DNA of 64,000 nt from positions 190,776,001-190,840,000 of the forward strand of contig NC_086097.1 in assembly GCF_963921235.1 (NCBI RefSeq), given 5' to 3'. The DNA is from Mobula hypostoma. Taxonomy: Eukaryota. Positions 13,601 through 25,893 of this stretch are shown here, piece by piece. A program made the translations under genes and the position numbers. How positions within the stretch are numbered: position 1 is the first letter of the stretch; every line of letters starts with the position of its first letter. The notes under the pieces are model-generated. The model searched no databases. It had not been told where the DNA came from and saw only the letters and a program-made list of their open reading frames with translations.

Positions 13601-14712
13601 GGATGCAAAACTGGGCTGAGAAGTGGCAGATTGCGTTCAATCCAGATAAGTGTGAAGTGGTTCATTTTGGTAGGTCAAATATAATGGCAGAATAATGCAT
13701 TAATAGTAAGACTCTTGACAGTGTGGAAGATCAGAGGAATCTTGGGGTCCGAGTCGATAAGATGCTCAAAGCAGCTGCGCAGGTTGACTCTGTAGTTAAG
13801 AAGGCATACGGTGTATTGGCCTTCACCAATCATGGAACTGAATTTAGGAGCCGAGAGGTAATGTTGCAGCTATATAGGACCCTGGTCAGACCACACTTGG
13901 AGTACTGTGCTCAGTTCTGGTTGCCTCACTACAGGAAGGATGTGGAAGCCATAGAAAGGGTGCAGAGGAGATTTACAAGGATGTTGCCTGGATTTGGGAG
14001 CATGCCTTATGAAAACAGGTTGAGTGAACTAGGCCTTTTCTCCTTGGAGTGATGGAGGATGAGAGGTGACCTGATAGAGGTGTATAAGATGTTGAGAGGC
14101 ATTGATCGTGTGGATAGTCAGAGGCTTTTTCCCAGGGCTGAAATGGTTGCCACAAGAGGACACAGGTTTAAGGTGCTTGGGAGTAGGTACAAAGGAGATG
14201 TCAGGAGTAAGTTTTTTTACACAGAGAGTGGTGTGTGCGTGGAATTGGCTGCCGGTAACGGTGGTGGAGGCGGATACGATAGGGTCTTTTAAGAGACTTT
14301 TGGATAGGTACACGGAGCTTAGAAAAATAGAGGGCTATGGGTAAGCCTAGTAATTGCTAAGGTAGGGACAAGTTCAGCACAACTTTGTGGGCCGGAGGGC
14401 CTATATTGTGCTGTAGGTTTTCTATGTTTTTATGTTTCTATCCTTTAATTCTTCTAGGTGAGAGGGGTAAGTTGTTATTCCTGTCTGAGAGAGCTGACTC
14501 CATCTCCTGATGTTGCTTTTCCTTTTGCCTCCGTTCCTTGTTGTTATTTGGTCGAACATTTAGTATCAGTTGGTGGGCAACCTGATTGGGTGTTACTGCT
14601 GCAATTCTCTGTGGTGGTCTATTGTCGGAGTAGAGTTTCCAAACACTTACCTATGCCTTCTTACTGTTCTTGGTCATGTCTGTGTTTTCTATCAGTTCCT
14701 GCCAACGCTGTT
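10652..14712 (-). mobile_element. Vingi/Ingi-clade non-LTR retrotransposon, 5'-truncated and frameshifted (pieces 10652-12352 and 14441-14712)
   Basis: Minus-strand motifs NQVAHQLILN, QAGFR-like LAGFRTGRSC, FIDLTAAYDTVNH, LPQGSVLAPLLFNVYTND, NPSKTKVCAFHLRNREA, YLGVTL, and C-terminal WCTLNRAR...KWG..C.C....EHVLRNCP. Short (GAT)n-like tail at 10652-10664. Confidence 0.75.
12354..14440 (+). mobile_element. CR1 LINE, 5'-truncated, ORF2 disrupted by stops
   Basis: ORF 12709-13695 has KSPGPD, NYRPVSLTS, QHGF, KAFDKVPH, FADDTK; 13723-14052 has LVRPHLEYC. (TTTCTATG)n tail at 14419-14440. Confidence 0.95.
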
Positions 14713-14864
14713 GGAGTAGTCTTAAATTGGAGCTGGGCAAATTTTGAGGGCATTAAGCAGGAACTAAGAAAGTTAATTTGTAACAATTTTTCTGTCACAT
14801 CCACATCAAACATGTGGACACTATTTAAAGATAATTGGTCAGAGAACAGAAAAGGTATAAGATG

Positions 14865-15515
14865 ATGAGACCATAAAATATAGGGGCAGAATTAGGCCAT
14901 TTGGATGATCAAGTCTGTTCCTCCATTTCATCATGGCTGATCCAGTTTTCCTCTCAGCCCCAATCTCCTGCCTTCTGTCCATATCCCTTCGTGCTCTGAC
15001 CAAACAAGAATCTATCAACTTCAGCCTTAAATATAAATAAAGACATTGCCTCCACAGCTGCCTGTGGCAAAGAATCCCACAGCTTCACCACGCTCTGGGT
15101 AAAGAAATTTCTCATCATCTCTGTTCTAAAAGGATACCCCTCTATTCTGATGCTATGTCTTCTGGTCTTAGACTCACCCGTCTCAGGAAACATCTTCTTC
15201 ACATCCACTCTATCAAGGCCATTCACCATTCGATAGGTTTCAATTAGGTCACTCCTCATTCTTCTGAATTCCAATGAATTCAGGGCCAGAGCCATTCGAT
15301 CCTGGAATCATTTTTTGTGAACCTCCTTTGAACCCTCTCCAATTTCAGCACATCTTTTCTAAGGGAAGGGGCCCAAAACTGCTCACAATACTCCAAGTGA
15401 GGCCTCACCAGTGCCTTATAAAATCTCAACATTACATTCTTGCTTTTATATTCTAGTCCTCTTGAAATGCATGCTAACATTACATTTGCCTTCCTCACCG
15501 CAGACTCAACCTGCA
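14865..15515 (-). mobile_element. CR1 LINE 3' fragment
   Basis: Minus ORFs 15280-15546 ([13 protein letters not shown]) and 14954-15295 (RMRSDLIETY...NFFTQSVV..W). Confidence 0.9.
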
Positions 15516-15517
15516 AC

Positions 15518-17930
15518 TTTTTTGAACCAACATGTCGAGGAACCAACTAGAGAGCAGGCTATCCTAGACTGGGTTTTGAGCAATGAGGGAGGGTTAATTA
15601 GCAATCTTGTCGTGAGAGACCCCTTGGGTAAGAGTGACCAAAATATGGTGGAATTCTTCATTAAGATGGAGAGTGACATAGTTAATTCAGAAACAAAGGT
15701 TCTGAACTTAAAGAGGGGTAACTTTGAAGGTATGAGACGTGAATTAGCTGAGATAGACTGGCAAATGACACTTAAAGGATTGACGGTGGATATGCAAAGG
15801 CAAGCATTTAAAGATTGCATGGATGAACTACAACAATTGTTCATCCCAGTTTGGCAAAAGAATAAATCAAGGAAGGTAGTGCACCCATGGCTGACAAGAG
15901 AAATTAGGGATAGTATCAATTCCAAAGAAGAAGCATACAAATTAGCCAGAAAAAGTGGCTCACTTGAGGACTGGAAGAAATTCAGCAGAGGAGGACAAAG
16001 GGCTTAATTAGGAAGGGGAAAAAAGATTATGAGAGAAAACTGGCAGGGAACATAAAAACTGACTGTAAAAGCTTTTATAGATATGTAAAAAGGAAAAGAC
16101 TGGTAAAGACAAATGTAGGTCCCCTACAGACAGAAACAGGTGAATTGATTATGGGGAGCAAGGACATGGCAGACCAATTGAATAATTACTTTGGTTCTGT
16201 CTTCACTAAAGAGGACATAAATAATCTTCCAGAAATAGTAGGGGACAGAGGGTCCAGTGAGATGGAGGAACTGAGCGAAATACATGTTAGTAGGGAAGTG
16301 GTGTTAGGTAAATTGAAGGGATTAAAGGCAGATAAATCCCCAGGGCTAGATGGTCTGCATCCTAGAGTGCTTAAGGAAGTAGCCCAAGAAATAGTGGATG
16401 CATTAGTGATAATTTTTCAAAACTCGTTAGATTCTGGACTAGTTCCCGAGGATTGGAGGGTGGCTAATGTAACCCCACTTTTTAAAAAAGGAGGGATAGA
16501 GAAACCGGGGAATTATAGACTGGCTAGCCTAACGTCGGTGGTGGGGAAACTGCTGGAGTCAGTTATCAAAGATGTGATAACAGCACATTTGGAAAGCAGT
16601 GAAATCATCGGACAAAGTCAGCATGGATTTGTGAAAGGAAAATCATGTCTGACGAATCTCATAGAATTTTTTGAGGATGTAACTAGTAGAGTGGATAGGG
16701 GAGAACCAGTGGATGTGGTATATTTGGATTTTCAAAAGGCTTTTGACAAGGTTCCACACAGGAGATTAGTGTGCAAACTTAAAGCACACGGTATTGGAGG
16801 TAAGGTATTGATGTGGATAGAGAATTGGTTAGCAGACAGGAAGCAAAGAGTGGGAATAAACGGGACCTTTTCAGAATGGCAGGCAGTGACTAGTGGGGTA
16901 CCGCAAGGCTCAGTGCTGGGACCCCAGTTGTTTACAATATATATTAATGACTTGGATGAGGGAATTAAATGCAGCATCCCCAAGTTTGCGGATGACACGA
17001 AGCTGGGCGGCAGTGTTAGCTGTGAGGAGGATGCTAAGAGGATGCAGGGTGACTTGGATAGGTTGGGTGAGTGGGCAAATTCATGGCAGATGCAATTTAA
17101 TGTGGATAAGTGTGAAATTATCCACTTTGGTAGCAAAAATAGGAAAACAGATTATTATCTGAATGGTGGCCGATTAGGAAAAGGGGAGGTGCAACGAGAC
17201 CTGGGTGTCATTATACACCAGTCATTGAAAGTGGGCATGCAGGTACAGCAGGCGGTGAAAAAGGCAAATGGTATGCTGGCATTTATAGCAAGAGGATTCG
17301 AGTACAGGAGCAGGGAGGTACTACTGCAGTTGTACAAGGCCTTGGTGAGACCACACCTGGAGTATTGTGTGCAGTTTTGGTCCCCTTATCTGAGGAAAGA
17401 CATCTTTGCCATAGAGGGAGTACAAAGAAGGTTCACCAGATTGATTCCTGGGATGGCAGGACTTTCATATGAAGAAAGACTGGATGAACTGGGCTTGTAC
17501 TCATTGGAATTTAGAAGATTGAGGGGGGATCTGATTGAAACGTATAAAATCCTAAAGGGATTGGATAGGCTAGGTGCAGGAAGATTGTTCCCGATGTTGG
17601 GAAAGTCCAGAACGAGGGGTCACAGTTTGAGGATCAAGGGGAAGCCATTTAGGACCGAGATTAGGAAAAACTTCTTCACACAGAGAGTGGTGAATCTGTG
17701 GAATTCTCTGCCACAGGAAACAGTTGATGCCAGTTCATTGGCTATATTTAAGAGGGAGTTAGATATGGCCCTTGTGGCTAGGGGGATCAGGGGGTATGGA
17801 GGGAAGGCTGGTGCAGGGTTCTGAGTTGGATGATCAGCCATGATGATAATAAATGGCGATGCAGGCTCGAAGGGCCAAATGGCCTACTCCTGCACCTATT
17901 TTCTATGTTTCTATGTTTTTATGTTTCTAT
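15518..17930 (+). mobile_element. Young CR1 LINE copy, 5'-truncated
   Basis: Nearly identical to ~40657-43058. One frameshift near 15982; (TTTCTATG)n tail at 17899-17930. Confidence 0.97.
16145..17824 (+). CDS. CR1 ORF2 reverse transcriptase domain and C-terminus (559 aa partial; retroelement)
   Basis: [58 protein letters not shown]. Confidence 0.9.
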   Translation: MIMGSKDMADQLNNYFGSVFTKEDINNLPEIVGDRGSSEMEELSEIHVSREVVLGKLKGLKADKSPGLDGLHPRVLKEVAQEIVDALVIIFQNSLDSGLVPEDWRVANVTPLFKKGGIEKPGNYRLASLTSVVGKLLESVIKDVITAHLESSEIIGQSQHGFVKGKSCLTNLIEFFEDVTSRVDRGEPVDVVYLDFQKAFDKVPHRRLVCKLKAHGIGGKVLMWIENWLADRKQRVGINGTFSEWQAVTSGVPQGSVLGPQLFTIYINDLDEGIKCSIPKFADDTKLGGSVSCEEDAKRMQGDLDRLGEWANSWQMQFNVDKCEIIHFGSKNRKTDYYLNGGRLGKGEVQRDLGVIIHQSLKVGMQVQQAVKKANGMLAFIARGFEYRSREVLLQLYKALVRPHLEYCVQFWSPYLRKDIFAIEGVQRRFTRLIPGMAGLSYEERLDELGLYSLEFRRLRGDLIETYKILKGLDRLGAGRLFPMLGKSRTRGHSLRIKGKPFRTEIRKNFFTQRVVNLWNSLPQETVDASSLAIFKRELDMALVARGIRGYGGKAGAGF

Positions 17931-18928
17931 TGATGCTGCCCTCACCAGTATCTCCTCCATTTCCTATACATCTATGCTCACCCCATCTTCCCACTGCCTC
18001 AACAGGGACAGAGTTCCTCTTGTTCATACCTACCAACCCATCAGCCTCCACTTCCAATACATTATCTTCTGCAAAGTCTGCCATCTCCAAAGGGATCCAA
18101 CCACAGAACATACCCTTACCTCCACCTCGCTGTTTTCTGCAGGGTTTTCTCTCTCTGTGACTCCCTTCTCCATTCATCCCTCCTCACTAATCTACCTCCT
18201 GACTCTTATTCCTACAAGTGGCCTAAGTGCTATACCTCCTCCTTCACCTCCATTCGGGACCCCAGGCTGTCTTTCCAGGTGGGGCAACACTTCATCTGCA
18301 AATCTGCTGGCATCATCTATTGTGCCTCCGCTACATTGGTGAAACTCACCATAAGTTGGGGGACCACTTTGTTGAGTACCTCCGCTCCATCTGCCACGAA
18401 GGGGACTTCCCAGTGGCCAAAGATTTTAATTCCAATTCCCACTCCCATTCAGACATTTGAGTCCATGACCTCCTCGTGCCCCAAGATGAGGCTATCCTCA
18501 GAGTGCAGGAGCAATACCTTATATTCTGTCTGGGTAGCCTCCAACCAGATGGCATGCACATTAACTTCTCCTTCTGGTAAAGAAATTTCCCTGCCCTGTT
18601 TGTCTATTCCCCACTCTGACCTCTTTTACCTCTTCTCATCTGCCTCTTCTTCCCCCCCCCTCCCCCAGATCCCTCCTGCCTTCCCTTCCTCCTATGGTCC
18701 ACTCTTCTCTCCTATCAGATTCCTTCTTTTCCAGCCCTTTACCTTTCCCATCCCCCAGCTTCAGTACCTTCCAGCTAGCCTCATCTCCCTCCTCTCATCT
18801 TTTTCTTCTGGCTTCTTCCCTCTACCTTCTCAGTCCTGAAACATCAACCATCTATTCATTTTCATTTATACTGCCTGACCCGTTGAGTTCCTCCAGCATT
18901 TTATGTGTGTTGCTTAAGATTTCAGAGT
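17931..18928 (+). mobile_element. Penelope-like element (Neptune-type) 3' portion with decayed GIY-YIG endonuclease
   Basis: RVPLVHTY..., IYC.., YIGETHHKLGDHFVEYLRSI...PVAKDFNS, LGSLQPDGM. C/T-rich 3'UTR and a terminal repeat with the hammerhead core deleted (CAGTCCTGAAAC). Confidence 0.85.
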
Positions 18929-19724
18929 AACTTCAATGTTGCTATTTTATCTAGCGTCAAGAGTATTATACAATTATGAATTTAATGGAACCCAGTTTCA
19001 AATTAATACATTGTCATTTGCACATCGATTATATATTTTGTTTATTTAGCATATTTTATATTCTTTTCTAATTTCCAGATTGTTTATTCAGACATTAGCA
19101 TTACTTAATGTTACATGTTTAGCTCTGTGATGAAGGACATCCTTCAAGTACGTTTGTAGTACTGCCAATGGAAATTGATAAAAACAACGAGCTAATTCAC
19201 GCTGCTTGCATATTTATTCATATCGTAGTTCCTTTATTTGATTTAGATTATCTTGTTTCTACCAAAGCACTTATTCTCTTGTTAAATTAAAGAAATAGAT
19301 TAAGTAAATGATACTTCAATTAGCAATTAGTATGTGGATATTTGCAAATAAGTTGATTTTTTTATCTTTCAAAGTTACTAACTGTTTGTATATTGATAAG
19401 GAAATTCATGGAAAAGTTTTTTGACCCAGTCTTTTAATTATTCTGTTGCAATTCTTTGTGGAAACATTAAGTTACAACAATCCATTAGAAGTAAAGCAAC
19501 ACCAGATTTATGAAGCAAATACCATCTGGCAGGAAGAATATAATCCAATAAGTGATTTTACGGAATTGAATCATCCGCTCTGCTTCTCAGCTAAATACTG
19601 TAACGGCTACAACTTGTTTGCAGCAAATCCTCAGAATTACTTTTGGGAAGATATCATAATATTTCTATCTTATTTTCCTTCTAAAAAACGGTTGTTCCTC
19701 TCATACAGGTTCAAACAGTATGTT

Positions 19725-19795
19725 GCAAGGCCAGGCCAGGCAGCATCTATGGAAAAGAGCAAACAGTCAACATTTTGGTCTGAGACCTTTCAGCA
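19725..19795 (-). repeat. PLE terminal-repeat fragment
   Basis: GGCCAGGCAGCATCTATGGAAAAGAGCAAACAGTCAACATTTTGGTCTGAGACC matches the PLE termini at 950-1007. Confidence 0.7.
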
Positions 19796-20439
19796 CCAGT
19801 TCTTATATGCTTAGCTCTAAGAACACTAAGCAAACCAGTATTCATGGATCTAAGATTATGCTTACGGATGGAAGGGGATAGACACTTCAAAATATACAGG
19901 CAAGCTAGATTATTCAGAGCCTTATATACAATTAAGAGTATTTAAAAATTGATCCTAAAGGGCACAGATAACCATTGTAACGCTGCCAATACCAGTGAAA
20001 TGTGCTCAGATTTCCTTTTTTTTTGGTTAAGATTCTTGCATTTTGAACAAGATACAACTTATTTATATCTTCCTTAGGCAGTCCTGAGAATAGTATGTAA
20101 CAGTGGTCTAATCAGCTAAAAACAAAAGTGTGTTTCAATTTTTTTGCACTTTAAGATGTTATAAGAAGTCAGATCTTTGCATTGTTCCTCAAATGGTCTT
20201 AATAATATGGTTAATATGTGATCTGAAATTTAATTCAGAGTCTATAATTCTGGCTTGATTTGTAAGGCCAGATGATCAGTTTATTCCAAAGATTCATACT
20301 TTTGGTTTAAGATGGTGCTACTGGAGGTGAGTGACATCTAACTGGTGGTTCCCAAACAACTAAATACTTTATTAATAACACTTTTTCTGTAAAACATTAT
20401 GGTAAACAAAGTGCAAATAATGAAGAAGCAAGTGAAGGT

Positions 20440-20880
20440 GAGGCTGAATCTTTTTTATTGCTACCAATAGGCAAAATTTCTGTTTTTTTTCCTTATTTAG
20501 TTTATGGAAATTCAATCTCATCCATTCTGTAATACTAGTGAGAGACCAGACCAGAGGGTTTAGAGCCTCAGGGTCATCTGGTGTAATAGACAAATACAGT
20601 TGTGTGTCATCTGCATAGTTGTGGTAATTCTCCTTGTGTTTTGAAATAATCTGACCTAATGGGAGCAGGCAGATCAAGAATAACAACAGGCTAAGAATTG
20701 ATCTTTGTGGCACACCAAACACAATATCATGGATTTTGGGTGCATAATCACCAGAGCTAACAAATAATGTTCTTGCTGTCATTTAAGATTTAAAACAGTT
20801 TAAGGCAGTACCAGACAGACCTACCCATTGACTAAGGTGGTTTATGAGAATGCTGTGATCTGTAGAATCAGGTGCTGCCT
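20440..20880 (-). mobile_element. L2 LINE RT fragment
   Basis: ORF 20372-20782: GVPQRSILSLLLF..LLPLGQII..YHNYADDTQLYLS...WMRLNFHKLN; upstream TDHSILINHL. Confidence 0.85.
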
Positions 20881-20939
20881 TCTACCTTCTTGTAACTTTA
20901 AAAACGGCTTGGGAGCTTTCAGCTTTTTTTGGTTGAGCT

Positions 20940-21860
20940 GAAATCAGCATGGGACAATAAAAAGTAAGGCGGTATAAGGAGGGTGACCATTGTTGGAGCA
21001 ACCATCGCTTGAACGGCCATTGTGAGCGTGGTCTGGTTTTAGTTCAGCAGACTTGAACAAGAACAGGCAGAGGTTCTAATTAAGTCAGTAGGAAAGTTTC
21101 TAGCAAGTTTTTTTTTCTGTTAGTACATAGCTAGTGAACTGAGAATGAATCCAGAGGTAGTGATATGTTCATTATATGAGATGTGGGAAATCTTCGAGAA
21201 CTCCAGTCTCCCTGATTACTACATCTGCATGAAGTACATCAAATTGCAACTCCTTAGAGACTATGTTAAAGAACTGGAGCTGCAGCTGCATGACCTTCGG
21301 CTCATAAGGGATATTAGAGGTGAGAGCAACAGGGAGATAATCACTCCGAAGTTGCAGGAGGAAGGTACCCGGGTAACTGTCAGAAGAGGGAAAGGGCAGC
21401 CACCGCAGAGTAACCCCTGTGACTGTTCCCCTCAATAATAAGTAGACAGCTTTGGACACCATTAAGGGGGATGACCTTTCAGGGGGAAACCACAGTGACC
21501 AGGTCTCTGGCACTGACTCTGTGGCTCTGAAGAGAAAAGGAGGGAAGAGGAGTGCAGAAGTGATGGAGAATTCCATAGTTTAAGGAGCAGACAGCAGATT
21601 TCTTGGCTGTGAAAGAGCTACCTAGATGGTATGTTGCCTTTGAAGTACTAGGATTAGGCATGTCTCAGACTGGGTCCATGGCATTCTAAAGGGGCATCGT
21701 GATCAGCAGGAGGTTGTGGTACATATTGGTACCGATGACATAGGTAGGAAAAGGGAGGAAGTTAGGCAGAAAGCAGAAGAGCATGAACTCCAAGTTAGTA
21801 TCCACTGGATTGCATCCTGTACCACATGCCAGTGTGGGCAGTGTAGGATGATTTGGCAGT
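20940..21860 (+). mobile_element. CR1 5'UTR and decayed ORF1 (zinc-finger/leucine-zipper region and SGNH-esterase-like region)
   Basis: ORF 21145-21438 VICSLYEMWEI...YICMKYIKLQLLRDYVKELELQL. Downstream MVCCL and HIGTDDIG motifs are typical of the CR1 ORF1 esterase. Confidence 0.75.
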
Positions 21861-22255
21861 TTATAAGCTCATATAAGAATATCTAGCTCTAGCTCATCCT
21901 CCTCCTTCTATTTTCCATTTCCTTGTATGATTTCTTCTCTGATCACAATACTTTGACAATTACTACTTCACGATATAAATAACATTTTCTCACAGCTGCT
22001 CGAACTACACTCCTACCAATTAATCCATAGCATATGTTCTGACAACAACGTTGTACCCAAAACCATACATATTTTCAGCTGGTGATAAAAATATCCTCAG
22101 GGATTCTACAATTAATCCACAAACAACTTAACCATTTCAAGGTCATATGCTTTCTTCCATAATTTCCTAATGAAATAGATTAAATAACAAATGTAAGCAA
22201 CTAAATCACAATACCTGATCTCAAAAATAGACAAATTGTAAAAAATGTTTTAAAT

Positions 22256-22365
22256 ATCTCTCTCTGTAGCTCTCTCTCACTGTCTTGCTGTCTCTCTCTG
22301 TCTCTTTCTCTCTGTCATTCTGTCTCCCTCTGTCTCTCTATCTCTCAATCTTTCTGTCTTTCTAT
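22256..22365. repeat. Degenerate (TC)n/(TCTG)n microsatellite
   Basis: TCTCTCTCTGTAGCTCTCTCTCACTGTC...TCTCTCTCTGTCTCTTTCTCTCTG. Confidence 0.85.
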
Positions 22366-22764
22366 TTCATGATATGTTGTTGTCAAAAGCTTTCTTTGAC
22401 TTTCCTTGTCAGCTACAGTTGTCTCATCCTCCCTTTAGAATACCTCTTCATCTGTTGAATGTATCTTTCCTGCACCTTTCAAATTTTCCCCAGAAACACC
22501 AGCCACTACTGTTCCACCATTATCCCAGCTCCTCTTTCCTCCCTCTTGCCTCTGTAATTTCCTTTATTTCCTTTATTGTAATAGAAATAAATCTGACTCT
22601 ATCATCTCCTTCTCAAATGGCAATGTGAATTTTATCACATAACGATCACTGTCTCCTAAGAGTTCCTTTATCTTAAGCTTCCTAATCAAATCTGGGTCTT
22701 TACATAACACCCTATCCAGAATTGCTGTTCCCCTAGTGGGCTCAAACACAAACTGCTTTAAAAG

Positions 22765-23010
22765 GCCAGGCTGCATGGTAGTGTAATGATTAGCACAATG
22801 CTTTACAGTACCAGCAACCTGGGTTCATTTCCCATCACTGCCTGTAAGGAGTTTGTACATTCTCCCTCTGACTGTGTGGCTCCAGTTTGCTCGCGCAGTC
22901 CCAGGACGTACCACTTGGTAGGTAAATTGTCCCACGATTAGGCTATGTTTAAATCGGAGGATGCTGGCTGATGTAGCTGCTCACTCTATCGCAATAGCAT
23001 AAAATAAAAT
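22765..23010 (+). mobile_element. tRNA-derived V-SINE-like element
   Basis: A-box-like TAGTGTAATGATTAG, B-box-like GGGTTCATTTCCC, then body GTAAGGAGTTTGTACATTCTCCC and an A-rich tail. Confidence 0.75.
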
Positions 23011-23390
23011 AAATCTCATAGGCATTTGACAAATTTCCTCTCTTGGAATCCATCACCAACCAGATTAAACTAATCTTCCTGCATATTGAAATCCCCCATG
23101 ATTATCACAATATTGCCTTTTTTACATGCCTTCTCTTTCTCCCTTTGAATTTTTTAGCCCACATCCTGGTTACTGTTTAGAGGTCTGTATATAACTCACA
23201 TCAGGGTCTTTTTCACCTCGTAGTTTCTTAAATCTATCCACAAAAACAAGGGTACTAAATCTTCTGACCCTATGACACCTCTTTCCAAAGACTTGATTTT
23301 TTTTAACCAACAGAGCCACATAAACCCTCTGCCTACCTTTCATACAATATGTATCCTTTGATGTGAAGCATCCAACTATAATCTTCTTTT

Positions 23391-23747
23391 GGCCGGGCCA
23401 ACTGGTGACACAACGACATCGGCGCCAGACACGGGAGCGGATGTTCCCGGGTTCGAAACCAGTCAGGTCCGCTCCCGAGTACGCTTTCCATCCGTGCCGG
23501 GTTGAGTGTCGAGTTTGCAACTCGATCTCATAAAATAAAAAAGGGAAAAATACTGCAAAAATGTCAGTGTGAAGAGTGGCTCACCACACAGTCTCTCCTT
23601 CACTCTGCCCATTGTAAAAGCCATGAAAAAGACATCATCACGGATGGACGCACGCACACACGCACGCAGACACAGACGCACAGATGCGCACGCACGTACA
23701 TGCAGATGCACATGCACAGACTCGCACGCACGCAAATGCCAAAAAAA
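23391..23747 (+). mobile_element. Young tRNA-derived SINE with (GCAC)n tail and poly(A)
   Basis: B box GGTTCGAAACC (23450-23460); CpG-rich; TSD AATCTTCTTT at 23380-23389 and 23748-23757. Confidence 0.85.
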
Positions 23748-24020
23748 AATCTTCTTTCACCCATGACTTGGTGATGCCCACAACGTCATACATGCTAATC
23801 TTTATCTGTGCCACAAGATCATTTACATTATACTGCAAACGTTCAAATATAACCCCTTCAGTCCTATATTAATCACCCTTTTCGATTTTAGATCCCTGCT
23901 ACACCTTAACTTATCGCACTGACTACAATTTTGCCCTATCCTTCCTCACAGCCTCACTATACACTGCAGCCAGATGTATACCGACTGCCCATCATCAGCA
24001 CTATCACTCCAGTTCCCATC

Positions 24021-25705
24021 AACCATAGAACCATAGAAACCATAGAAACTACAGCACAGAACCAGGCCCTTTGGCCCTTCTTGGCTGTTGCAAATCATTT
24101 TCTGCCTAGTCCCACTGACCTGCACACGGACCATATCCCTCCATACACCTCCCATCCATGTATCTGTCCAATTTATTCTTAAATGTTAAAAAAGAACCCG
24201 CCTTTACCACCTCGTCTGGCAGCTCATTCCATACTCCCACCACTCTCTATGTGAAGAAGCCCCCCCCAATGTTCCCTTTAAACTTTTCCCTCCTCACCCT
24301 TAACCCATGTCCTCTGGTTTTTTTCTCCCCTTGCCTCAGTGGAAAAAGCCTGCTTGCATTCACTCTATCTATACCCATCATAATTTTATATACCTCTATC
24401 AAATCTCCCCTCATTCTTCTACACTCCAGGGAATAAAGTCCTAACCTATTCAACCTTTCTCTGTAACTGAGTTTCTCAAGTCCCGGCAACATCCTTGTAA
24501 ACCTTCTCTGCACTCTTTCAACCTTATTTATATCCTTCCTGTAATTTGGTGACCAAAACTGAACACAATACTCCAGATTCGGCCTCACCAATGCCTTATA
24601 CAACCTCATCATAACATTCCAGCTCTTATACTCAATACTTCGATTAATAAAGGCCAATGTACCAAAAGTTCTCTTTACGACCCTATCTACCTGTGACGCC
24701 ACTTTTAGGGAATTTTGTATCTGTATTCCCAGATCCCTCTGTTCCACTGCACTCCTCAGTGCCTTACCATTAACCCTCTATGTTCTACGTTGGTTTGTCC
24801 TTCCAACGTGCAATACCTCACACTTGTCAGTATTAAACTCCATCTGCCATTTTTCAGCCCATTTTTCCAGCTGGTCCAAGTCCCTCTGCAGGCTCTGAAA
24901 ACCTTCCTTACTGTCTACTACACCTCCAATCTTTGTATCATCAGCAAACTTGCTGATCCAATTTACCACATTATCATCCAGATCATTGATATAGATGACA
25001 AATAACAATGGACCCAGCACTGATCCCTGTGGCACACCACTAGTCACAGGCCTCCACTCAGAGAAGCAATTTTCTACCACCACTCTCTGGCTTCTTCCAT
25101 CGAGCCAATGTCCAATCCAATTTACCACCTCTCCATGTATACCTAGCGACTGAGTTTTCCTAACTAACCTCCCATGCGGGACCTTGTCAAAGGCCTTACT
25201 GAAGTCCATGTAGACAATATCCGCTGCCTTCCCTTCATCCACTTTCCTGGTAACCTCCTCGAAAAACTCCAACAGATTGGTCAAACATGACCTACCACGC
25301 ACAAAGCCATGTTGACTCTCCCTAATAAGCCCCTGTCTATCCAAATGCTTGTAGATTCTGTCTCTTGGTACTCCCTCCAATAACTTACCCACTACTGACG
25401 TTAAACTCGCCGGCCTATAATTTCCCGGATTACTTTTCGATCCTTTTTTAAACAACGGAACAAATGAGCCACTCTCCAATCCTCCGGCACTTCACCCGTA
25501 GACAGCGACATTTTAAGTATTTCTGCCAGTGCCCCCACAATTTCAACACTAGTCTCCTTCAAGGTCCGAGGGAACACTCTGTCAGGTCCCGGGGATTTAT
25601 CCACTTTAATTTTCCTCAAGACAGCAAGCACCTCCTCCTTTTCAATCTGTACAGTTGCCATGGTCTCACTACTTGATTCCCTCAATTCTATAGATTTCAT
25701 GCCAT
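24021..25705 (-). mobile_element. CR1 LINE, 5'-truncated
   Basis: Minus ORFs 25401-25700, 24778-25479 (YMDFSKAFDKVPH, GVPQGSVLGP, FADDTK) and 24247-24747. (CATAGAAAC)n tail at 24021-24048. Confidence 0.95.
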
Positions 25706-25893
25706 CACTCAGCCAAATTATATTAAACCCTCCCCAACAAATCTAACAAACCTGTCTTCAAGGATAGTAGTTACCCTCAGTTTCAGGTGCAACCCATTCC
25801 TTTTGTACAAGCCATACCTTGCCCAGAAGGAATGACCAATGATCCTTAACTCTGAAACCCTGCCCTCTGCACCAATTCCTCAACTACACATTC

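Larger units (their letters stand above)
10234..14860 (+). mobile_element. Old CR1 endonuclease fragment (10234-10651 plus 14713-14860) split by a Vingi-like element
   Basis: ESIWVEL..MGLYYRP, GNFNLPSIN, FLNKYVDGPMRGGAVLDLV; resumes as VLNWSWANFEGIKQEL after 14713. TSD-like GGAGTGTCTTAAAT (10638-10651) and GGAGTAGTCTTAAAT (14713-14727). Confidence 0.8.

Noticed and set aside
16732..17841. Antisense and alternate-frame ORFs repeated at 41876-42985
   Set aside because: They are shadows of the duplicated CR1 ORF2, not independent genes.
19446..19814. 122-aa ORF in mostly unique DNA
   Set aside because: Non-ATG start, no recognisable domain, and its 3' part runs through a PLE repeat fragment.
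23463..23872. Overlapping Arg/His/Cys-rich ORFs
   Set aside because: Artefacts of translating the (GCAC)n SINE tail.
24021..24048. Short tandem repeats (CATAGAAAC, CATAGGAC, TTTCTATG) as CRISPR-like arrays
   Set aside because: These are 8-9 bp units without spacers at CR1 3' ends, i.e. standard LINE tails.
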